The notes under the pieces: model-generated
Told to the model about the DNA's origin: nothing
The model's input: only the letters and a program-made list of their open reading frames with translations
Databases searched by the model: none
Origin: Vitrella brassicaformis CCMP3155
Lineage: Eukaryota > Protista > Chromerida
Length of the DNA: 57,443 bases
NCBI GenBank assembly: GCA_001179505.1
Contig: CDMY01000526.1
Location: forward strand, 1-57,443
Direction: 5' to 3'
Shown: one piece after another, positions 46,701-56,982 of the stretch
How positions within the stretch are numbered: position 1 is the stretch's first letter
Layout: each line of letters opens with the position of its first letter
Program-made: the position numbers and the translations under genes

Positions 46701-49242
46701 TCGAGGGACGCACAAAGCTACGGCTACAACACGACCTGACGGCCAGCCTGATGCGAATCGAAGCAGATGCCCTGCTGGACGAGTTCGGCGAGGAGTCAAG
46801 AGATCGCGCACGGCTGAGGAGCTGTCGAGGCCCAGGAGCTAGCGGCTGGCTGACGACGGTCGCGGCGCATCCGGGCCTGCGCTTCACCAACAAGGATTTC
46901 GTCACCTGCTGCCGTCTGAGGATCGGCGCCACCCAACACCCTTCACTCGCATCGGACTTCTGCTCGTGCGGCACCCACCTGGACCCCTACGGCGACCACC
47001 TCCTCTGCTGCGGCACAGGCANNNNNNNNNNNNNNNNNNNNNNNNNNNNNNNNNNNNNNNNNNNNNNNNNNNNNNNNNNNNNNNNNNNNNNNNNNNNNNN
47101 NNNNNNNNNNNNNNNNNNNNNNNNNNNNNNNNNNNNNNNNNNNNNNNNNNNNNNNNNNNNNNNNNNNNNNNNNNNNNNNNNNNNNNNNNNNNNNNNNNNN
47201 NNNNNNNNNNNNNNNNNNNNNNNNNNNNNNNNNNNNNNNNNNNNNNNNNNNNNNNNNNNNNNNNNNNNNNNNNNNNNNNNNNNNNNNNNNNNNNNNNNNN
47301 NNNNNNNNNNNNNNNNNNNNNGGCCATCCAAGCCAGCTTTCCACGCGCCCTCATACAAGCCTTCATGGACGACATCACACTGGGGGCCGACGAGAGTGAG
47401 GCAGACGGGGTGGTGGACAAGGCGGAGGAAGAGCTGCAGACTATCAGCCTCAAGCTGGCCAGGAAGAAGAGCAAGGCGTACGGCCCCCACTGGACGGACA
47501 GCGAGCCACCACCGGACGACCTGCTGCTTGGCTTTAGGAGGGAGGGGCTCTCGGGTGAGGGCATTGACATCCTGGGCGGGGCAACAGGGACGGACGGCTA
47601 CGTCGCTAACAAGCTGCAGAGCGTCCTCGACTCCTACCGCCCCCTCATCGAACGACTCAAAGCGTTCGCACACGAGCAGCGGCAGGACTCATCGCTCCTC
47701 TTCCGCTCTTGCGCAGTCCCACGCCTGTATTACTGGCTTCGCCTTCTTTCCCAGCGCCCTTCAACCAGCGAGGTCACGGCGCTACTGAGCGATGAGGAGG
47801 TCATGAATGCAGCCATCGCCATCCACGGGCTGGGAGAGGAGGACACCACCGAGCCGCATCGACGACAAATGGCGCTTCCAGTGAGAGAGGGGGAATGGGC
47901 ATTACGGCGGCGAGCGCCATCCTGCCTGCTGCATATCTCGGCTGCACCGCTGTGACGCTACCCTACGTGTGGAGACACTACCAGCTGGCGCCATGGATGC
48001 CACAGGGGGAGGGAGGGGGGGAGGGAGCGGCAGCACTACTGCAGCTGCCATGGCTACGGGCAGCGGAGTCGGCAAGAGAGAAGCTACTGGAGAAGCTGCC
48101 GGAGACGGAGGTGCTCACACTGGCCAAGCTGCTCGAGGGACGCACAAAGCTACGGCTACAACACGACCTGACGGCCAGCCTGATGCGAATCGAAGCAGAC
48201 GCCCTGCTGGACGAGTTCGGCGAGGAGTCAAGAGACCGCGCACGGCTGAGGAGCTGTCGAGGCCCAGAAGCTAGCGGCTGGCTGACGACGGTCCCGGCGC
48301 ATCCGGGCCTGCGCTTCACCAACGAGGATTTCGTCACCTGCTGCCGTCTGAGGATCGGCGCCACCCAACACCCTTCACTCGCATCGGACTTTTGCTCGTG
48401 CGACACCGACCTGGACCCCTACGGCGACCACCTCCTCTGCTGCGGCACAGGCAAGGAGCGCATCTAGCGGCACGACCTGCTGTGCGAGGAGTGGCGACGC
48501 ATCATTAGGAGCGTCCAGATTGTCGTCGACCGAGAGGTCAACCTGACGCGCCTGGGCGCCTACCCGACCACCACCGATCCAAACGGCAAACGGATCGACC
48601 TCTACTGGGTGGAGGAGGGAAAAGGCATGCTCGGCGACGTCACCATCGCCCACCCCACACGCCCCGACCCCTTCACCAACAGACACCACGCGGCCACCAA
48701 CAGGCAGAACGGAGCAGAAGACGCCAAGGCGCTGCGCAACGCGGCCGACAGGAAGCACAGCAAATACGGCACCGAGGCGAGGACAAGCAACTTTACCATC
48801 GTCCCACTGTCGGCGGAGAGCTACGGACGGTGGGCGGATGAGGCGGCTGCCCTTGTCAACCGTATGGCCCGGCACATGCGGCCACCTGTCTATATGGAGG
48901 AGGGCGACGTGGAGTTTTTCCGTGAGACAGCAGTGGAGAGGTGGTGGGCTCGACTTAGTATGTTGCTGCAGAAAGGCAACGCACACATGGTGCGGAGCAG
49001 GGCGTGGCGGGCAAGCAGGTGGAATGGGCAGGAGAGGGCGGGCGTGCGTGGGTAGGTTGCTAGAGCGGGGGCCTTTCCACCCTCGTTGATTGCAGGGGGT
49101 GGGTGGGTGGGCGTGCATGGGTAGGTAGCGAATGCTTTGATCGTTGCTGTCAATAGTTTAGATGCGAACATGTAATCGACCGTCTCAGCGCATGGACACA
49201 CGGACAATCTTACCCTAACCACCACCACCACCACCACCACCA
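43728..49242 (+). mobile_element. CRE-like (restriction-like-endonuclease clade) non-LTR retrotransposon, 5'-truncated and degenerate, assembled as three overlapping segments
   Basis: RT motifs: AAPGPSGWRFEHL, VRPVAVGDAVRRW, LDCTNAFNEVDR, GTQQGEPAGPFLF, AFM(N/D)DI, ILGGA. C-terminal zinc knuckle CSCxxxLDPYGDHLLCC, then RHD, RIDL...GDVTIAHP, KHSKY and VPLSAESYGRW of the PD-(D/E)xK endonuclease. In-frame TAG at 48465-48467. It ends with CCCTAA(CCA)8. Confidence 0.9.
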
Positions 49243-49988
49243 AAGGTACACGCTAACTAATTAGCTCGCGTAGCTCGCACCGCTCGAACCCCTCTCTCCA
49301 GGCATCGTGTGAGGCGATTTGGCGGCCATTCCTGAAGACCTGGGGAAGCTGAATGAAGAGGTGCTTGCTCGTGAACGACGATGCTGGCCGAGAAACCAAA
49401 AATCGGCTGCACTTGTGTGTGACTGAAGAGAGGGCGCAGACACCAAAGGGAGGTGGCAATGCGGACGACGCAGTATCGCCCCCTCCCCCTTGAATGGGGG
49501 AGGGGGCTGCAAAAGGTCAGTATCTATGAGTCAGTAGTCACAGGCAGAATAGAGTGGGTCGACCACAGACTGATTGAAGATGATGATGGCCGTCATGTAG
49601 GATTCCGGCACACAGATCTACTCGTCTGAGCGCTCTTGTGTTTGCCTGGCAGGCGTGTTGGTGTTTCGTTTGGCCGCATTGCCGCCTTNNNNNNNNNNNN
49701 NNNNNNNNNNNNNNNNNNNNNNNNNNNNNNNNNNNNNNNNNNNNNNNNNNNNNNNNNNNNNNNNNNNNNNNNNNNNNNNNNNNNNNNNNNNNNNNNNNNN
49801 NNNNNNNNNNNNNNNNNNNNNNNNNNNNNNNNNNNNNNNNNNNNNNNNNNNNNNNNNNNNNNNNNNNNNNNNNNNNNNNNNNNNNNNNNNNNNNNNNNNN
49901 NNNNNNNNNNNNNNNNNNNNNNNNNNNNNNNNNNNNNNNNNNNNNNNNNNNNNNNNNNNNNNNNNNNNNNNNNNNNNNNNNNNNNNNN
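45473..49988. other. Three assembly gaps of exactly 300 N (45473-45772, 47022-47321, 49689-49988)
   Basis: Directly visible N runs. The identical length points to a fixed placeholder rather than a measured distance. Confidence 0.95.
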
Positions 49989-50653
49989 GCATGGGTAGGT
50001 AGCGAATGCTTTGATCGTTGCTGTCAATAGTTTAGATGCGAACATGTAATCGACCGTCTCAGCGCATGGACACACGGACAATCTTACCCTAACCACCACC
50101 ACCACCACCACCACCAAAGGTACACGCTAACTAATTAGCTCGCGTAGCTCGCACCGCTCGAACCCCTCTCTCCAGGCATCGTGTGAGGCGATTTGGCGGC
50201 CATTCCTGAAGACCTGGGGAAGCTGAATGAAGAGGTGCTTGCTCGTGAACGATCGAACCGCTCTCTCCGCATCGTGAGGCGATTTGGCGGCCATTCCTGA
50301 AGACCTGGGGAAGCTGAATGAAGAGGTGCTTGCTCGTGAACGACGATGCTGGCCGAGAAACCAAAAATCGGCTGCACTTGTGTGTGACTGAAGAGAGGGC
50401 GCAGACACCAAAGGGAGGTGGCAATGCGGACGACGCAGTATCGCCCCCTCCCCCTTGAATGGGGGAGGGGGCTGCAAAAGGTCAGTATCTATGAGTCAGT
50501 AGTCACAGGCAGAATAGAGTGGGTCGACCACAGACTGATTGAAGATGATGATGGCCGTCATGTAGGATTCCGGCACACAGATCTACTCGTCTGAGCGCTC
50601 CTGTGTTTGCCTGGCAGGTGTGTTGATGTTTCGTTTGGTCGCATTGCCGCCTT
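49989..50653. repeat. Near-identical duplicate of 49115-49688 (retroelement 3' end plus flank) with an extra internal duplication of about 91 bp
   Basis: The sequence from GCATGGGTAGGTAGCG to GCCGCCTT is the same on both sides of a gap. It differs by a few substitutions near the end and a repeated GAGGCGATTTGGCGGCC...CTCGTGAAC block. Confidence 0.9.
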
Positions 50654-52243
50654 CTTTCACCGTGCTGATGACCGCGACGCAGTATTTCAGCTTATACACA
50701 TATGCTCCCACATGTGTGCTCCGGTATGCGGGTCTCCCCGTTTTCATGTGTGTGCGCCATTGATCCGTGCATTCATAGCATCTGAACACAAAGCTTTTGT
50801 CGTGCCCATGCTGCGCGTGTCCTTGCGTGTTTTATCGTTAATTGATACGTCGACGGATGGGAATGCAGTGAGTGTCTATACAGCGTACAGGGCATGTTGA
50901 GCGGGCCAGCTAAATATGGGTCAGAAGGATAGTACCGATGGTGTAGAATTCATACTGTGTCTTTCTTGGCCGTTCCTCCCTCTATCCCAGTCTGTCTCCC
51001 TTCATGCTTCTCTTCACGCCTCCTTTCCAATCGCCTTTTCCTACCTGGCACGTCCTGTGCCTGCCTTCGTTTTTTTGGTGTCGCGCACGTCCCAAGTGAG
51101 GTCTTTTTTGCAGACCTATCCCTCTTACGATTAATGATGGGGTGGAGGGGGAAGATTGAGACAAACAGAAGCTCCCGTGTGTGAAAAAAATGAGAAACCC
51201 CATGCGTTTCTCCTCGATGGGCTCGCCTCCTGGCTGATCGCGCGCAGCAGAACCACAACTGCAACGGTATTAGTCTCGCGACATGCGGTGATACACAAGA
51301 CAGAAACAGAGAGAGCTGACTATCAAAAGAAAGGAGCACATTGCATCAGAAGTTCAACGCAGGAAGGAAAACGCCTCGCATTGACCTGCACATCACACCC
51401 CACATACACACCTGACTTATCTTCTTCAGGCGAACATCAGACGAGCAACCTCGAGCAACCTCACAAAAAAAAGGAAAACGACTGCCACGGTGCCGAACGA
51501 GTCAGTGTTAGGGTGTCCCCGTTACACAGGCTGAGTCGCATGACTGCATGCACCCTTTTCCCGTCGCCATAGCTCATCCCGCTCTCCCACTGCCCTCCTC
51601 CTCTCTCCCATTCCTCTCCGAAATCCCCTTCACCTCCGGAGAGATGCCTGCTGCATGGCCCTCCCTCTCCACCAACGTGCGTGCGCCACCTATGGCGCTG
51701 CTGGCCACGCCCCGCCCACTGTCTGAACACATACACACACGAGAGAGGAAGATGCGCTGCACATAGTGACGGCTAAGCCGTGCGCGTGCCCTCTTACCAT
51801 TCGGTGTTTGTGTGCCTGAACCACTCAGAGGCCCCGATGGCTCCCAGGAGCCGACGGCCGGCAAAACTGAGTGCGCCCACACAGAAGGCAAGAACCCGAC
51901 ACGAAAGGTGTCGGTGAGCCATTCTCTATACAAAGCATCCATGCCCGAGGGCGTATGCACACGAGATCTATCTGATCTGACGGCGCAGCCGTGCGCATTG
52001 GGCAGATCTCTATCTGTTTGTGCATGGATGCGGACAGTGAGTGGTCGGTCACCATCCCCGTGATGCGTACCTATGGGCGCTGCGGTGGTTTCGCTGCTGC
52101 CTCCACTCCTGCCATCTTTGGGCCCCTCGTCGCCCATGCACAGGCTGGAGGGGCGAGGCTGTGTCGGTAGCTGAGGATGCATATCAGTAGGCTAGAATTC
52201 AGTCAGCTGAAGATGTATAATAGCTCGGCTAGGCAGGATCTGT

Positions 52244-53588
52244 TGTAAGATGGGCGTCAAGACGAGCTCTGACGACGCCTGGCCGCCGAGCGTCTCGCCC
52301 GGCCAAGTTTCGCCCCCCAGCCGCCCATTTGCGCATGGCTAGCATTGCATGCGTCCAGATCGCTTCTTTTGTCTCATTGTCTCATCTTGCATCGTCTTCG
52401 TGGTTTTGGAGTGCTTTCGACGTTTTCATCGTTGTGGAAAGACCATCTCCCTTCGATTTAACGTTACCGTACGGCATTGACGTTTTCCGCCTTCCCCCCA
52501 CATGGCTTCGAGCCTGCCACTCTGAGCCCTGCCGGGCAGCAAGACGTCCACCCATTGCCGCAGGTAAGTTGCACGACAGCACCGCATGAAGGCAGGCGGG
52601 CAAGGCCCCTCGGCACGCATCCCGCGAAGGACTGGGGCTCTGTGTACTACGCCGGTGAAGGGTCGCTACTGCAGGGCGCCTGTGACAGTCTGGGGGTACG
52701 CATCCGCGCAGTGAAGGGGGCTCTCCCTGTCGAGATGGCTGAGTCCGCCGGGGTAGTTCCCCAGCTGGATTGCCCTGCTCGTCGTGCATCGCACCTTGGG
52801 CTCCCATCCATCCTCCCAGACCCAAGATCTATGTGTTTTCTGTCCATGATCTTCGTGTCTCCCCCTTCCTTGATGCAACCGACTCATGTGAGGCATGATT
52901 CTTCCCCTGTCGGCCCTGCTCTGCACCCTTCTCGGTGCTGCATGCAGGGAGACACAACTTCACCCAGCTGTGATGTGGGGATTCATGTGTTGCTGGCTGC
53001 ATTCAGAGCTGCAGGGCTTCGCCCAGCGCCTGTCTGCAGTTCGGCAGGTGATCTGCCCATCTGATGATGCCTCTCATGGTCGATTGCGGGGGCATGTTCG
53101 TACAAAGGTGGGGCTGGATGGACACGACTGACTGACCGATCAACTCCGCCCTCGCTGGCGAGTTGTGTCCTGTCCATCCACCCTGGTGCATGTTCCACGC
53201 TTGATGGACGATGGATGAGCCTGGGTGCATATGTGTGTGGACATTGGATGGTGCGGCCCGCCCACGATGGCGTTGAGCGCCCATCAACGAGCGTTTCATA
53301 TGCGCTGCAAATCTCGAGGCACACACGGCACACATTCACGGATGATCCCATGACACCACTAGACACATGGCTGTATTGTTGCTGCCTGCCCCTTTGGCGC
53401 ACACACACGGGTCCCCCATCCAGAGGTCTGAGGTCTTGAGTCTGTCTGACTCCCTCTGCGAGGACGCGCTGGCCGGCTTGACGGGATCACAGGCCCCCAG
53501 ACGCCCCCTCCTCACAGATTTGGTGCATCTGCCGTGAAGCACAATCCTTTGTCGTCTTTGTGTTGTCTGTGTTGCCTCTTGTGTTACA
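52244..53588 (+). repeat. Putative 5' LTR (about 1345 bp)
   Basis: It begins TGTAAGA, ends TGTTACA (5-bp terminal inverted repeat, TG...CA rule) and stops 19 bp before the gag ATG. The partner LTR is not in the window, so this is unconfirmed. Confidence 0.45.
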
Positions 53589-53607
53589 GGTGAGTGGCTG
53601 TGGGTGA

Positions 53608-55714
53608 ATGCGAAGGAGCTCTCGAGCTCGGCTTCGACAGCGAGCACGTTCTCAGCCTCGTGACCCTCAAGGACGCTTCCGCCCTTCGGGACGCGCTCGT
53701 CCTCGTGGTTCACGAGTTGCACATCTGGTTGGGAGGTTTGAGCACTTTGACATCCACACACCGGCTGTCTCTCGCTCATCCTCTGAGCCCCCACCGCACA
53801 TCTCGCCCATCACTGAAGAGCTCGGCGAAGGAGACGCTGCACAGCGGACGCCACGCCCGCCTTCGGTGAGGGAGGGGAGATCACCATCTCTAGGTCCTTC
53901 TCCTGCCCCTATCTCTGTTCGCTTCTGGCGGACACTTGCCTGTCGGGCTGAGTTCGGTGTGGCTACTCCAGTTGTGGCTGAGGACGCTGCATCGCAGACC
54001 TCTACCATGTACGGGTTTGGCGATAGAGTTGATGATGCCAGCCCTCACAACGCTGCTCCTGAGGAGCGCGGTGGGGATGACTGGCGTTACCGCGAGCAGC
54101 TGCGCGAAGCGCGAGCGCCGCAGAGAGAGACGTGAGGAGGAACGGGACCATCGCGCGCGCCAGAATGAGCTGCAGCGCGTTGCCCGTGAGCGCCGCGACA
54201 GCCTGAAAGCGCAGCTTGGCTCTCTGGACGATGAAGCCACGCGCCTTTTGGTGACCAAATGGCTGCTGCGATTCATCGATCGGTCCGCAGCCATCCCAGG
54301 CATCACGAGCCAAGACAAGTTCATGGTTCTGGGTGAGTGCCTTAAGGGCAAGCATGTGGTTGCCTACGACCAGTATGTGAGGAGTGCTGAGAATATTCCT
54401 CAGGAGGGCGACCCTGTGGATGAGGCTGAGGCCTGGTACGAGAGTGCTGTCCGCAACATCCTCAAGGATGTCCGTGGCCGCAGCGGTGTCAACGAGACAT
54501 ACGCGCGCCACGTTCGCACTGAGCGACTCGGCTGTCCCACCTATATGAGAGACAAGGTTGACCTGCGCGAGAAGCTGGCGGCATTTGATGACGACCTCGA
54601 GGTCGCTCAGATGCATGGCGGCGAGTTGGGTGAGACAGAGAAGGTGGACAAGTTGCTGAACCTCTTCCCTGAGGAGGCCAAGCAGTTTGTCACTCAGACT
54701 CTACTCCAGCGCTACCGGCAGGGGCAGACCGTGGCTGAGATGATGGGCTTGGAGCCCGAACATGTCGCCATGGAGAGGTTCTACACTCTAGCTGCTGCCA
54801 AGAAGTGCCTGGGGGATTTGGAGTACTCACTCAATGTGGTGCCTGAGGAGGAGGACCCCAAGGCTGCCCGCAAGGGCGCCACCATTACCACTGATGACCT
54901 AGCCGACGGTTTGGCGAAGAAGCTGTCGGTGCAGCTGCTGGACACCGCCAGAATCTCGTCTGTGCGCGCTGACGAACAGCAGCCAGGGACGAGAGGGCGG
55001 CCCCGGGCGCCTCGATCCCTCGATGAGGCGTTCGAGCGGCAGCGCAAGGGAGACGCCGACACCGGCAAGAAGAAGCGAGAGAAGAAAGGTCGTGATGGCT
55101 CAGATGAGGGAGACAGCGCCGAGGAGCTCAAGGAGCGACTGGCTCGTCTCGAGGAGGCGCTAACAAAGTTGGCGGCCACGCTAGCGCAGGCTGTCTCCTC
55201 TCGCTCAGACTGTCGGCCCGCCCGCCATGCAGTGACTGAGGATGAGAGAGCCAGCCAAGCGGCTGAGCCAGAGCTGTGGGAGGAGGGAGTCGGCGTAATG
55301 ATCTCGTCCATGACGGCAGAGGGTGTCCCGCCAGCCAAAGCTGCGCAACTCGCGCTGAGGTTCAATGGTGGCTACAACCGCTCTCATGGTGGCCAGCAGG
55401 GCCGCAGAGATGCGGATGGCAAGATATTCTGCTATGGCTGCCAGCAGTGGACTGACCACATCAGAGCCAACTGCCCCAACCCCATAATGACTAAGTCTGG
55501 TGTGCGCATGGAGCGCCGATGCATCAACTGTGGGAAGGAGAGTGTGTGGTTTGCCCAGTGTGACTCTGAGTTTTGCAAGGCCTGCAAGGCCGGTAAGATC
55601 CCTCTGCGTTTTGGAGGCGCTGCTGGTCCGACCACGACCACACCACCATCCCACGATACAGCTGCTCCAAGCGCGGCCGCCCCACCCAAGCCTGCCTCGC
55701 AGGGAAACTGCTGA
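53608..55714 (+). pseudogene. gag: gag-like gene with zinc knuckle; frameshift near 54100-54115
   Basis: ORF 53608-54135 (MRRSSRARLRQ...RDPQGRF...WRYREQLRE) continues in another frame as KRERRRERREEERDH...TKWLLRFIDRSAAIPG...KVDKLLNLFP. Knuckle CYGCQQWTDHIRANC at 55430-55474, followed by a second degenerate CINC...C motif. Confidence 0.75.
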
Positions 55715-55752
55715 GGCCAGATGGAGATGTGGGACGCGTCTCCGTCATGGCC
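55702..55752 (+). promoter_or_regulatory. -1 programmed ribosomal frameshift signal (G GGA AAC + 6-nt spacer + hairpin)
   Basis: The X XXY YYZ heptamer is in the correct gag phase (CAG GGA AAC TGC TGA). Hairpin GGCCA-GATGGAGA / TCTCCGTC-A-TGGCC at 55715-55752. The -1 frame is open from the slip site into ORF 55729-56982. Confidence 0.75.
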
Positions 55753-56982
55753 GCCAGTCGTGCCCGTCATATACCTGCTGATGATCGTAGCGATGTCTCA
55801 GACACCTGTTCCTCCCCGGCTGGCGAATTTGATTCGGCGGAGGACTGGTGGGAGAGGCTACGCTGGATGAGGCAGCTTGATCGATTCTCTAAGGGAGAGG
55901 AGACTGACGTGGCTATGGCTAGTCGAAGGGTTTGCTCCATGTCTCTGCCGCCAAGCATAGCAGCGCGGGCGCGGAGGTCTGGCATTTTCAGACACCGCAT
56001 TCATGCGCCGAGCCTGGAAGGCAAGCATTTGGTAGCTACTCATCTGGAGAGAGACGAGGTGCGGCACAGAGAGGATCATGCCCTCTGGTTCTGCCTGCAC
56101 CCGCCTCATGTCCCTCGTTATGGTCTCTATCAGATGCCGGACAGACAGCTGCATAGGCGTCTGTTTGGGCACACTCTTGGTGTTAATCGCCGTCTTGAAG
56201 CCATGCGCGAATTCAGAGACGTGCGCGAGCAGCCGGATGACAGAGACATGTTCGATTGGCGCATTGACGTCCGTCCCGCGACCCATCGAGCTGATGGCTA
56301 CTGCTCCGATGCACGCGACGGTGCCCTCTGGGACGAGGAGGTTGGTTCTGTCTCACCAAGCAGCGGAGACGAGATACAAAGCCAAGTGGACGCAGCAAGC
56401 CCTTGCCCCTCTCGGCTGACTCGGCGCCAGCGCCAGAGGCTGAGGGACAAGCGAGCAAAAGCTGCGCGCCACATGCGCAAGAGACATGACCTGGGGGTAG
56501 AGGAGATGGCAAGAGAGCTTGGCGACACCCGTGAGCTCACTAGCCTGACCTGCCACCGTACTGATCATGGCGAGCTCTCGACGCAATTTCCCGTTTGGGC
56601 TGGTGAGACGCCAACTGACGGACCATGGCCCTGTCAAACGGCGCAACCGAGACAGAGAGCAAAGAAGATCCCCTTTGGATATCAGCCCGACTATCGTCGA
56701 GGCAAGATGGACAAGGGAACGATCACGCGAGTGAGGGGCCTGACGAAGAAGGTCATGCTCTCCAGTCTGAGGATTGTCAACTGCGATGAGCCTGCAGAGG
56801 CCAGGAAGTTGAAACTTTCCTTCTGGAGCCTCGCACTCTGGACTTACTCCTTCTTTATATCCATCATCATGAGGATCGCTGAAGGGCTTGGCGGAGACAC
56901 CAAGTGGCAGAATACGCATCAGCCAAAGGCTGGGCGAGACACTGGTGTTGCCCGTATGCCGATTGACGCCGGGCCCGAATAA
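55702..56982 (+). CDS. ORF2 (transframe region, N-terminal part of pol), about 425 aa with no recognisable domain
   Basis: It is open in the -1 frame from the slippery site to TAA at 56980-56982. The same frame stays open after the TAA until about 57368. No D(T/S)G protease motif was recognised in it. Confidence 0.6.
   Translation, partial: GKLLRPDGDVGRVSVMAASRARHIPADDRSDVSDTCSSPAGEFDSAEDWWERLRWMRQLDRFSKGEETDVAMASRRVCSMSLPPSIAARARRSGIFRHRIHAPSLEGKHLVATHLERDEVRHREDHALWFCLHPPHVPRYGLYQMPDRQLHRRLFGHTLGVNRRLEAMREFRDVREQPDDRDMFDWRIDVRPATHRADGYCSDARDGALWDEEVGSVSPSSGDEIQSQVDAASPCPSRLTRRQRQRLRDKRAKAARHMRKRHDLGVEEMARELGDTRELTSLTCHRTDHGELSTQFPVWAGETPTDGPWPCQTAQPRQRAKKIPFGYQPDYRRGKMDKGTITRVRGLTKKVMLSSLRIVNCDEPAEARKLKLSFWSLALWTYSFFISIIMRIAEGLGGDTKWQNTHQPKAGRDTGVARMPIDAGPE

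Noticed and set aside
44088-47673. Long minus-strand ORFs (285, 264 and 228 aa) and ORFs crossing N runs
   Set aside because: They are antisense shadows of the GC3-rich RT frame, or they stay open only because N codons are not stops.
43728-49055. Group II intron, telomerase or LTR-type RT
   Set aside because: The RT motifs plus the C-terminal zinc knuckle and RHD/PD..D restriction-like endonuclease fit RLE-clade non-LTR elements. There is no RNase H or integrase, and no intron domain V was seen.
50890-52240. ORFs of 138 and 202 aa upstream of the LTR element
   Set aside because: They have no recognisable motifs, no codon bias and no consistent splice pattern, so I left them unannotated.
52329-53439. 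Several ORFs inside the putative LTR
   Set aside because: They are overlapping ORFs on both strands with no domain signal, as expected by chance in GC-rich sequence.
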